From contig JAQGDQ010000428.1 in the NCBI GenBank assembly GCA_030141605.1, positions 135,337 through 199,336 on the forward strand: 64,000 nucleotides of DNA. The letters are read 5' to 3'. The position numbers and the translations under genes were made by a program. Of the stretch, positions 1 to 11,433 are shown in pieces. Every line of letters begins with the position of its first letter. Position 1 is the stretch's first letter. The stretch comes from Tubiluchus corallicola (taxonomy: Eukaryota > Animalia > Priapulida). The notes beneath the pieces are model-generated. The model did no database searches. It was not told where the DNA came from and was given only the letters and a program-made list of their open reading frames with translations.

Positions 1-421
1 CGCGCAATAGCCATTAGATGCCGCCATTTTAACGGTAAGTTGTTTGAAACAACTTTAGATAATTCTGAGTAAAGTTTGAAAATGAAAATCACAGCATTCG
101 TAGCTCACATGTCACTAACAAAACACAAGCATAAACTACTTTGTCTTGTCAATAAGATTAATAATATGCTTTTTGGTGAGCCAGTGACATTTTTAGTGCA
201 CACGGGGGATGAGCCAATGCCATTTGATCTGTTGGTATAAATATTCTAAATGACTAAGAATTTTCTTTTCCAGTTACATTTAGTCTTACAAGTAAGCATT
301 ATGCATGGTATTATAACTTTGTATGGCAAGTTTTTTTTAAACAATATTTTCTTCACCTTTAAGCCATTTCTCTTCAGTTTGTAATACTAACCGAATAACA
401 GCGATTATAAAAGTCTGTTAC

Positions 422-3400
422 CTCTAGGAGGTCCAAATAATACAGCATCCATGGCTTTTAAGTTAATCTTCTTCCTATGAACAGGGCTATTTACACCCAA
501 ACCTTGCAAAAAGTTGTGCTTGTCCATGGCTAACCTGTTCAAACAACATATAAGTTAAATTTCAAAACTAAAATTCATCTTTCAAGAAAACAAAACACAA
601 AGTATTCAAGTTAGATAGGTTAGCTCATTGTGAAATAGTTTAATGTGAGCTGACACGCATGTCAAAATTGAATTACCTGGGAAGGAACAAACCAGAGACC
701 CTATTAGCGATAAACAGTTTTGCATACTGTGGTAACTCTACGTGGATTGCTAACCAGTCTGCAACCTCTTCAGGACTCCAACTTCGAACTGCAACATAAA
801 TTACATTTTGTCGACAGTCAATTCATTGCCTTCAGAATTCTGAAAAATTTTACTCAAATAATTGACAAATTGAATTTTAAATTTTGTAGCTTATAAAACT
901 GGATGTCTGAAAAGTTTTACTCAAATAAATGATAAATTGAGTTTTAAATTTTATATCTTATAAAATTGGATGGTAGACACATGCGTGTTTTGATTTCATC
1001 TTTTTTCTACTAAATATTGCAATTGGTTTAACTACATTTTTGCAAACTTATTTTATTTTGTAGCTATTATTAGTCATGTTACCTTGGCAATAAGTTTTTA
1101 GAGAACAGTATTTTTGCAGGCTGCCGAGATCTGAGAAGGCAGGAAGGTTTCACATAACTTCCTGTGATTTACAGGGCGATATTTTTGTAAGCACAGCAGC
1201 GGACAATAACATCTTTCGCTCTCTCTTGTTTATATTTTCACACTCACATAGCACCACAAACATTATAATGAAACCCCAATGTGAAAACTAATTGTGCCTA
1301 TTCTGCACACTGCACAGCAATACTACAGTGCTTGTTCAGAGTTCAAAAACCATCGTTACATACCAGGAGATTTTAACCAGATATTCCACATTTCTAACAG
1401 GGACGCTAGTTGAGTGCCATGTAAAATATTTTGCTCCCTTCGCTGCACCTTTTCTCCATTACTGATATGTAACTCATAGTGGATAAACTGAAAAATAAAT
1501 ATTAATTAAATTGATATAAATATAACAACATTATCGAATGTTGAGCCTAAGCATTTTGCTTGAGAGATTGCAAGTGGAAGAACAAACTAACTTTGTAAAA
1601 GATTTGTCAAGGTCAGTCAAGAAACTCCAAGTACTCTTGGAAGAATTCCAAAAACAATTCCTCTTTGCAGGAACATAAGAATAACTGAGTGGTTAGTACA
1701 CACAGAGTAAAAGTAAGTTAAGAACAAAGTGCAACTGCAGAAAAAGAGAACAATTTGTATGCTTAGCTTTGCTGGATGCCAGCCAGAGTGCAGCCAGGGT
1801 AATTACAGCAAAACGGCATTCTGTAGAGCATCGTTGGTGAGATTAGGATACTTACTGAAGCCTGGGATGGTCGAATGTTCAAAACAGAAGCAAATACCAG
1901 CGAAAATAAACAAGGGTATCAGGACAAAAATCCTGGACGTTGTATGCCTGGCTCAGACATGCAGACATACTGTAAGTCCCAGGCTAATTTCAAACCAAGA
2001 ATGTTTTTACACGAGTCAGCCAAACAAGATGTGCTAAGAAATGTAGCTTAAACACCTCAAACTTTGAAGAAGTGACCACATTCAAGAATAGACTGTTGAA
2101 AAGTTTGGATAACATCTGTGTGTTAAACTTGTTCTGTTTTATTTGTTAACTCTATATTGAGAAAACACTCTGTAGTGTGGTATTTTAATCACATTTGATT
2201 AAAAATATATAAAATGTACATTCGTAAAGGTAAATATAAAGACAACAATGGCTAAGGCTCTGAAAATGTTATGATGGACACATGGTCATTAACAGTTATG
2301 TAAAATTATTTTATAAAATCACTTGTCTGACAGCTGGATTAATGTACTTTTTTATTTGAAATCTTATGCACAAAGGATTTTGTAATAGCTAAAGTGAAAT
2401 TTCACATTGTGAAAAGCCGAATGTGTACTAAATCAGAGTATCAAAACATCAAGATAAGGATAGACTTTTATATTGTATTTTGCACAAACAAACTGTGAAT
2501 TTTACATTATTAAAGGAAAACAGGATGATTTTTCATAAGCTGCCCCATTTTGAAGTAAAAAGTATACATTTTAAGACCTATGATAATTAGAAAGTATTTT
2601 CTGGTAATTAGTTAATGGGTTAAAAACTCAATTAATAGCAGGCGAGCCGAACTGATCAATTTTCAATAGCACAACCATTGCACGAGCATGTTGCATGAGT
2701 TTGTGAAATTTTAAGTCAAAATTTCAAAAATTCAAGTTTATGACTGTGCTTACGCATAAGCTCTCGAACGGAACGTATGCACTATGTCACAATCAAACAT
2801 GTCAAACTGAGCAGCACCTGTTTTCTGTGCATTGCATTTCTGAGATGCAGGCACTAGTGTCCATCTAACTTGCAAATGACAAAATACACAAAACAGTCTC
2901 CCAAATGTCTTTTCGTATGTGGACAGAACTAGCCTCCCAAATACGAAATTACATTTCTGTGGTAATAATTCTTTCACGTAAGTCGCTCTTGAAAAAACAA
3001 CAGTATATTCCCTTTCAAAACTTTTATAGGATAGATTTTTTGAGCTGTAATTTCAGATTGGGTTCGTGTTTCCTCTAATTAAAGAACAAATCACAAATGC
3101 TCAAATGAGAACTCGATTAGGTTCAAGTGCCTAATAACGACCTTGCAGCAATAAATAAGGAAGAATTACAACCTCCCAAAGAGAAAGAAAATGACACTTG
3201 CAAAATACCTTCACATTCACTTTGAACAAAGTCAGTGTTTGCTTAATATCATTGTCAGTATGAGATATTTGATTTCAGAAATTGGAAAATTCGAGTAGGC
3301 TGTACTACTTGATCCAATGAATCCACGATAACTTGCTCTACTCAGTATGCAAACAATTGGTGTAAAAATCATTCAAATTTTCTGCTTAACTTAACAAAGC

Positions 3401-6400
3401 AAAGCGTACATAACTAACTACTCAAATAGGCTCGGAGTTCTAAAATTGTTAATAACTGAGTTCAAACATGATAACTATGCTGGGTACAGTAAGTGACTTA
3501 GAACTTTGGTGCAACCATGAATGAGCATAATATTAGTTGTCAGTGAATTAGTTGCCATACTACCTAGACTTTGGCCTATAATAAAATCGAGAAGGTATCC
3601 TGGATGCTGAGTTATTGCAACAAGTGACACTATCCCCCTAGGCTCAAGGGGAAGTACAGTAAACATTGAATACTATGCCGCCAAAGGCGTTATAATTGTG
3701 TATTTTCAGCCACAGAATTTTTGCCAGTACAATTGGAACTTGTCTCATTTAAAAAAGTGCATTTGGCATTACTGGACATTGCCAAATAGAACCTATTCAT
3801 CAGCGAAAGAGTAAAAGGATTAATTATGAACAATGCAGTCTTTATAAATTTGTTTTAATAACTACAGGCAAAGACTCAAATTCTAATTTAAGTTTCTAAC
3901 AGCAATTTTAACGATGAATTCCTGCGATTACTAACCATTTCAATAATTTTCTAATGATCTTATAATAATTCCATTTTAATAAGCTATACCTAATCTATGG
4001 CACAGAACTTATATGTGGGTAACATAATGCTACCCTTTTGACTTTTAACTTCTACTTACTGTATCTTACTACTTACCGTCTATGTGATCAATTGTGTAAC
4101 ACATTTACTATTCTTTGAATGCCAATAGGTGCAAGGCAAATTTTACTTGCAAAGTTGACAGTGCCTTGGGCACTGCTACAATAACAAACGACTAGAAATA
4201 AAAGATTAGAAGAAGTTGAAGGGGCCTCAGTAGAGGGACACAGGTACCCCTGGCTACCATTGCAGTAAATCTGTATTACTTTTTTTAAATTTCCAAATGA
4301 CAAAAATTAGGTGTCATGTTTACTATCTGCTTGCATTAAAACATGTATTGATTTTCAAACTCACCTATCTAGAAAACTCCAAACTCTGATATGCCACCCA
4401 ACAAAGTCAAATATCACCTTACCAATGGGAAATCAATATTAACCTTATTACTACAGTAAACTGTGACTATTTGTTTGACACAGAAATACATGTACCAACC
4501 AAGATGAACTGCGACCCATTACTGAAAGCTCGAATATTCCTGCTGGCATTCAGTACAAAGCATCTGTATATCTTGTATCATTTTGAAGATATGGAACACT
4601 GTTTAAAAAGTAACCTTTGACTTGAAGTTGAACCGATGGAGTATATAACCAAATCATTAAAAAGAAACTTCTTAGAATACTTGAAAATTGTTAGCCTTGT
4701 AGGCTACAGTGCAATTGGCATGCTGACATACAGACATGTCAACAGATCAGCCAGATTTCCTACAGTTGCTGCTTCCAAGGGCAGCTGCGACTAAGTTGAA
4801 TCAGGAATAACTGAATGGTCTTTATCCATCCATTAAGCTAGAAAATGCTACATTTACTTTTTGCACAGAATCCTTCGACCAACCTTCAGAATCAGCGAAA
4901 AATATGTCAATATGGAGCTGCATCAGCTGCTGGCATTATTTCAAATTCAATAAATTTCCCTTAGGAAAGCTACAAAGCTGCCGAAAAACAAATTTAGAAA
5001 AGAGGAAGACATATGTCAATTCAGGGAGCAACAAACCAGTGAGTGTGGGATGTACACCAATGATTACAGGGTTGTTTACATAATTTAAATGCTAAGAATT
5101 TTTCAGCCGTTAACCTCTACAGCATTTACATGAATCATCAGCACCTACATTATCATTTACCAACAACAATAATTACAACAGTTGGCACAGTCATCGTCAT
5201 CTTACTATAACCTACATAATGATGCTAAACAAAAAGGTGCCAATGTATTATAATCATTGTCATTATTACTACATTAGTGGAGGTTGCTTAAAAAGTCAAG
5301 CTAAAGAAGAATAACAAAGTTTATTTGGGCAACATGGACAATAAGTGCTTAAGCCATTCAAACTATAGTCAGATTTCACTCATTCAAAAGCAGAGTAGTT
5401 GAAAACTTGCACGCTCGTTAAGTAAACACTACAAAAACCTTCAGCTGCACCATTTTAAGTGGTCTAAGTTTTATTTTTAGCATCTAGGTTCAGAAAAATA
5501 AAGCACTAATGGAAACACACTAGAAAAGATATTTTACTATCATCAGTAATATTCCAAGGTCAATCCAAAAGGTTGCAGTGTAAACATATCTTTACAGAAA
5601 CTGTTTTTGTTTGTCAGTCTATCAGGAAACTGCATAAAATGAATTACATGTATACAAGAGAAAATGATGAAGCCAGGATTTTGAATTGAGTAAGCTGTTA
5701 AATTAAGCAAACAAAACCCAGTTGAACTGGATTTAATAAAATTGTCTTACCCCTTCAATTTCATCAAGATCTATATTACCATTATGGTCTTCATCTAAAT
5801 GACTGTGTAGTGCGGTAATGGCCTCAAAGCCTAGAGGGTCTCTTTGACACTCCTCCGTACAGTATGCTTCTGGTACACCTGTGCAGAGAATCAATGAGCA
5901 CAATATAGAAAAAATTGCAGCAAAATCCATATCAGGGTAAGAAGTACAACAACTACGCACTTCATCCGCATATGCACAACACTGAACTGAGGTTGTGCTA
6001 AGCTACTTAAAGGAGCACAGCTTGACAAACAAGTAAATATAAGGGTCTGGTATAATATGACTAATCAAAGAACAAACAAATGGTGTTGACAAAAACAAAA
6101 ATCTGCAATTGGGAGGTTTGTGCAGTCATATAATGATTAGTAATCATAAAGAGTGAACGACCTTTACATCATTTCAGACGTCTTTTCCGGTAATACATTT
6201 ATAATGGTGGACAGTTTCTTCTTGATAATTATTACACGTTATGATTAGTCTACGTACGACGTGACACCCAACACGTCTTATGTATTTGTCTACTAAACAA
6301 GCAAACATTTTATTTAATTACACCTAGGCACCATTTGTCTGTCTAATCTATCTTAGAAAGTTACATTAATCTGCAGAAATACATTGCAGTTTTGCCCGTC

Positions 6401-9400
6401 ATCAGCAAGTCAAATCTTTAGAACAACTAGAAAAGTTAAACAAACTTTACAAGATTTACTTAAATGTCAAGCTTCTTTGCGCACCATTTTTACAAAACAA
6501 TAATACAAAGCCATCAAAACATTCATTTGAAATTAAATACAAACGGAATGTAAAACATGTTGGTAATTATGGTTACCCTTTCCCCAAAACAAACAAGTCA
6601 ATATAATTTACAACCAAGGAAACTTGTTTTGCTCAAACAAAATTAATGCCAAATAAATCAATAGGTTTTATTTGCAGGTGCCTGTTTAAACTAATAAAGT
6701 ATGATTAAACTAACTAACTACACATAAACTGACAAAATAAATTTAAAGATTATGTATGTATGAGATTGTGCTGGTTTAAACATCACATAAGGTTACAACC
6801 TTCTTCCTACAGTAAATAACAGACCTCAAGATTTTGTTCTGTTCACTTGTGGAATGAGTTACTCTACTTAATAGACTTAAAATGAAGCATTAGGTCAAAA
6901 ATTTTTCATTAACTACCGTTTCTGCATTATGTTTCTATATGCAGCAGATCTTAAACTGTTTGCCACTGTTAACTTGCTACAGCCAAATGCAGTTTCATGA
7001 CATTTTTACGCATTACCATTCCAATAGCAAATAGTATAGGGTAGTAAGCTGAATGTATTGCCATTATATCTTTATAATCACTAATAATTTGTGAAAGGCA
7101 ATCTTTTATATAGTTGTCAAAGTTTGTAGTAGCTTCTGCTCCATCTCTACCGTTCATCAATGATCTACCTTGTCGTGTATTCTGTATGTTTCCTACCTTT
7201 GCTGATGAGGATGCAAATTAAAAAAAATTACCAAATTGCCAAACTGGACACTTCACATGTCACAAACTTTTCAAGTTGGATCATTTAGCTTTAAAAAAAT
7301 TACCAAATTGCCAAACTGGACACTTCACATGTCACAAACTTTTCAAGTTGGATCATTTAGCTGGCTTTCAAATGATGTTGAAATTGATTTGTAACTTTTA
7401 AAGCAAAGACTTTAATAAAGAACATAGACTCTTTTCTAATCTTGCTGTCATGCTACTACATTAGCTACTATGCAAATGAGTGATTCACATCATTCTGATT
7501 ACTCTTTTCTTAGTTTAATTCAGCAGTGACTTGTGTTCCATTGTTAGACGATGAAAGTACCCTTTAGAGCTTATTAAGTAGAATGCCAAAACGTAACACA
7601 GAGCTGATGCTTACACAGCAACATCTAATCTAAGCCTCACTTCAGCCCAACCTGTAAATGATTCCAAATTCCAAATTGTATTGTCAGTTCCAGGGGCGTA
7701 TCAAGGCTTTACGACCTAGGCTGATAGTTCTATCCCACCAATCTGTTGTGAATTTACGGTTGTTTATGTAATAAGAAGATTAAACAGTTACTTGTGGTGT
7801 ATTAGAATTACTATAAAGCTGTTCTGCGAAGCTATTATTAATACATGTATTTGCATAGCGCTTATATTCAAACAGGCTATGCAACTGCTTGCTGTGTAAT
7901 ACCTTGCACCTGTTCGTTAAGTGGCACTTATATAAAAGCTCAGTCCAGTAAGTGCCTGTAGTGTGTTATAAAATTTGCCCTTTGCATGAATATGAAAGTA
8001 TACACATTTTCCGAGGAGAATAAGAATTTTTCTAAAATGTTACGCCCCTCAAACTTTGGTGTCCTAGGCTATAGCCTAGTTAGCCTATTGGCTAATATGC
8101 ACTTAGTGGGTTCTCATTGTTGATGATTTGGAATCAACTCCTTGAACCCTGAACTCTTGGCTCACTGAAGGTCTGTTATTACATTAAGCCTCCTATATAT
8201 CCTACTATTGCCAAAGATGCAGATCAGAATTTCTTACCAGAATCAACAAAAAACTCTTCATTTTTCCTACCTGCCAAAGAGTAGGCCTACAACAGTACTG
8301 ATATGGCTCATATGGGCAGCTGCTTAGGCTACAGAATTAGAGTTTTTACAAAATAAATCTTATCTGTGCATTTTTTTATCAGGAAAATGTTTCTCTGTTA
8401 ACTCATCAGTAGATTCATGAATGGCATCAATAAAAGAAGCCTCTCCTTTACAAAGCTAATTAGTTATGAAATGTTAGAATTCTAATTTTTCCTGGATATG
8501 TTATGCTAACACTCATTTTCAATTTCTAACAGTAGTATTTTATTAGGAACCACCACAGAACTTGCTTATGGCTTCAATAATTCAGACTAAAGGCTAGATT
8601 TAAAGGGAAACAGGATGATTTTTCAGATCTTGTCCCATATTGAAGTATGGTAAAAAATATACGATTTGTCAAATGAAATTTAATTTTAAAATGTTTCCGC
8701 TAATTAAATATTAGCTTAGAAGCTCAATCAATGGCCAGTGAGCACATTACAACTCAACATAATTTTTAACAGTTGAAACATTTCATGAACCTGCTGCAGG
8801 TATTTGCAAGGGTATAAATTTCAATGCTCCTGTATCTGTTATAAATACAAATTTTTATGAGACTGTGTGACATATCACAACTGCATTATGTACTTTGAAT
8901 CATGTACAGCACCTAATTTTGAAACACGTGTTTTCGATATGCAGGCGTTGTTATCATCTAAAAAATTGCTAAATGCAAGCAACAGCGAAAAGTTTACAGC
9001 ACGAACACAAAATCAGGCTTCCGCGGTAATAATTCTTTCACGAGTCATTCTTAAAAAGTTTATTATTTTCCTGTGCAGCTAAGCACAGTATTTATACTAC
9101 TAATAATTAGTAATTACGTACAGCCAACGAAAAGCGAGACTATGTGTCTTATGCAAAAGTTATAGTAGTTTTTAACCGAATACGTTAACTAAATACATGA
9201 GCGCAGAAACTCTACTATAGTATTAGTATTATTACTATTACTCGGTATTAACGTTACTTAAATTCAGTAGTAGTTCGACCCTTCTGTTATGCGCGTTACG
9301 TGTAATAAAGTAATATCAAAGTTACAATCATAAACAGAAAAAGAAATATACCTGATGCAACAACTTTTTCATTGTTAGGAACAGATTTCGACAGTGGATC

Positions 9401-9508
9401 AAATTCCGTTATGTCACCAGCAGCCAAGCAATTTAAAAACAGCAAAACAAACAAAAATATAAAAACAAAATTTGCGAGATAGTATTTGCGTTTCAAATGA
9501 TTTGCCAT
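422..9508 (-). CDS. STIM1: Stromal interaction molecule (STIM, ER Ca2+ sensor), 5' part: signal peptide, EF-hand, SAM domain; TM and cytosolic exons not in window
   Basis: Phase-consistent GT-AG exons 9352-9508, 5751-5878, 1364-1487, 677-788, 422-534. They encode a hydrophobic signal peptide, GFEAITALHSHLDEDHNGNIDLDE (canonical EF loop), EMWNIWLKSPVRSWSPEEVADWLAIHVELPQY (SAM start) and HRKKINLKAMDAVLFGPP (STIM signature). Confidence 0.95.
839..973. repeat. Tandem duplication, about 68 bp x2
   Basis: TCTGAAAA(A/G)TTTTACTCAAATAA...TTATAAAA(C/T)TGGATG repeated. Confidence 0.85.
2514..3074 (+). mobile_element. Non-autonomous DNA transposon (Kolobok-like, TTAA target), copy A
   Basis: Starts TTAA|AGGAAAACAGGATGATTTTTCA and ends GTTTCCT|CTAA. 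Colinear with the copies at 8604 and 63206. Confidence 0.7.
7218..7362. repeat. Near-perfect tandem duplication, 72-73 bp x2
   Basis: TTAAAAAAA(A)TTACCAAATTGCC...GGATCATTTAGCT repeated; copies differ only in A-run length. Confidence 0.95.
7691..8105. mobile_element. hAT-type MITE (degenerate)
   Basis: CAGGGGCGTAT left end; subterminal CCTAGGCTATAGCCTAGTTAGCCTA; imperfect 8-bp TSD GTCAGTTC/GTGGGTTC. Confidence 0.55.
8604..9072 (+). mobile_element. Kolobok-like non-autonomous element, copy B (3'-truncated)
   Basis: TTAA|AGGGAAACAGGATGATTTTTCAG start; shares internal blocks such as GGTAATAATTCTTTCACG with copies A and C. Confidence 0.65.
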
Positions 9509-9732
9509 CGAATAATGTCATTGATATAATAACATATTATTAACAACAACCACTAAAACCTTTTTTATCAAAATAAAATTTTTACTCGAATTCACGCAGC
9601 CACTTCTTGGAGTCTCACGTTACCCTAACGAGTACGTGTATAAACAAACTCGTCCCGTTTGCTGTCAGTTTGAGTTTATTTGAGCAACTTACTTTCTCTG
9701 AGAACTTGAGATGCTCTGTTGAGTGTTGACAA
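9509..9732. promoter_or_regulatory. Bidirectional promoter of STIM/LAMTOR1 plus LAMTOR1 non-coding exon 1 (about 9667-9732)
   Basis: Locally CpG-richer. Initiator-like TCAGTT at 9665-9670. The donor AA|GTAAGA at 9733 would pair with the acceptor TTTTCAG at 11404, 29 nt before the LAMTOR1 ATG. The STIM ATG points the other way at 9508. Confidence 0.65.
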
Positions 9733-10280
9733 GTAAGAAGTTACAAAAAATGGACCTGAAGAAAATAAATTTAATTACATGACATAAATAGAATAATCAA
9801 ATAACTATAGAAAATGTAGTCTAATGCGTGTTATTTTGCCTTGTTCTCCAAGAATAGTGGAAATAGGAAAGTTACTGGTTTTGCAAAATTTGTCTCTGTC
9901 TCTAGCACAAATTAACATATAGTTTATTAAAAGTGTTATTATATTTTTATTGATCTTCATAATTTACTACTATTTACATATTTATGAAACACAGGCAACT
10001 GTTCAAATTGACATTAAGTTTCATGTTGGCCAATTATAAGCACTTAAGGGAAACAAACCCAACAGAATAAATTAAATTGTACTAAAAATAGACAAAGTGC
10101 AACAGAAACTGCAGCTAAATTATGCTAATTGCATACTGTTTCAAATATTTTAATGATAAAGAACGTATGTGGCTGAAGTGCTGAATTATTCGAATCTATA
10201 ATTATAGGTTCAAATCGAATTCAAACTGAAAAACTCATTCGAATCAAATCAGATTTGCAGGTCTCTGTTAGTCTGTTAGT

Positions 10281-10686
10281 CAGTGGTTCCCAACCTTTTG
10301 TTGATGGTGACCCCTTTGTAGAATCCTGTATCGTATTGCGACCCCACGAAGTACATAATCACATGTTATGCTATCAAATATCATTATCGTTCACATTTAT
10401 GAATTTTAACTTACTATTCAACAAATTATTGAACAATTAGTGATTGTTTCATTAGTTCATTAATGTTCATTTCCTGGAAAATCAACCACTTATACCGCAT
10501 TTAGAGCGGGAAAACTCAGTTTTACTTTCCAGAACAAAATGATGTAATGAGAGACTGAGGAAGCAAGACCTACTTCCATACTTTTCATTAAAACAGCACT
10601 TTTTTGAAAATTGTTTTTGCACTAGTCCATGACCCCCCGAAAAGTACTTCGCTACCCCAACTGATGGCCCATATTCTTAACCACTA
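10281..10686. mobile_element. hAT (Charlie-like) MITE
   Basis: CAGTGGTTCCCAACC left terminus, GACCCC subterminal repeats, degenerate TTAACCACTA right terminus; no clear TSD. Confidence 0.55.
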
Positions 10687-11433
10687 AAGATTTGTAAACC
10701 ATTGACCGTGGCAAAGTTTTCCCATCGACGAACTATAACATGCAATGGTGCCAGAGGACAGTCCAAGAAGTTGAAGAAAAAAGCTGTTCCACACAGGGTG
10801 GTACATAGAACAGAAGAAAGAAAACAATTCTAATTGTGAGCAACTGATGAGTGGAATATGCTGCCTGACAACATGTTAGTCCAATTAAGCCTACAATGCT
10901 GTCAGGTTTAAGTCTGGTCTTGACAAACATTGGAAGCACAATACTATAATAATAATATTATTGATCCTAGACACCCTCACTGGCAATAAAATAGGACTGA
11001 AGTGTTGTGCTATATTTCATAACTGCAGTGTGGCCATGTAAAGTATACATAAATGACCCGAGAACTTTATAAGCTATTATGCTTAATCTCTATCCTTCGA
11101 TAATGATAGGGGTAACGGTAAAAAAGTGTCACCGCTTATGTTGTATATTATGGACAAATTAATTAAAATTGTGTATTGAGTATTGTACATTAGGAACGAT
11201 TGTTCTTTTTTCAGAGACGTAGCTGCAAAAATTATTAATTAACTACATTTCTGAACATGTCGTGGAAAATCGGCTGAGCAGCAAAATAAAAGGGCAGAAC
11301 CTAAGTGGCGAACGTTATTTTGTAACACGTGACAGATACAGCTGCAACAAAACATGTGAATGTGATGATTGTAATTATTGATAGAAACTCATTTTGGTTT
11401 TCAGCATCGAATTAGTTTTAGAAATTGATTCGG

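Noticed and set aside
1729-2037. 102-aa ORF in a STIM intron
   Set aside because: GTG start, no recognisable domain; likely transposon debris.
6969-7160. 63-aa minus ORF as a possible extra STIM exon
   Set aside because: No STIM similarity; exons 1 and 2 already join in phase; no convincing splice sites.
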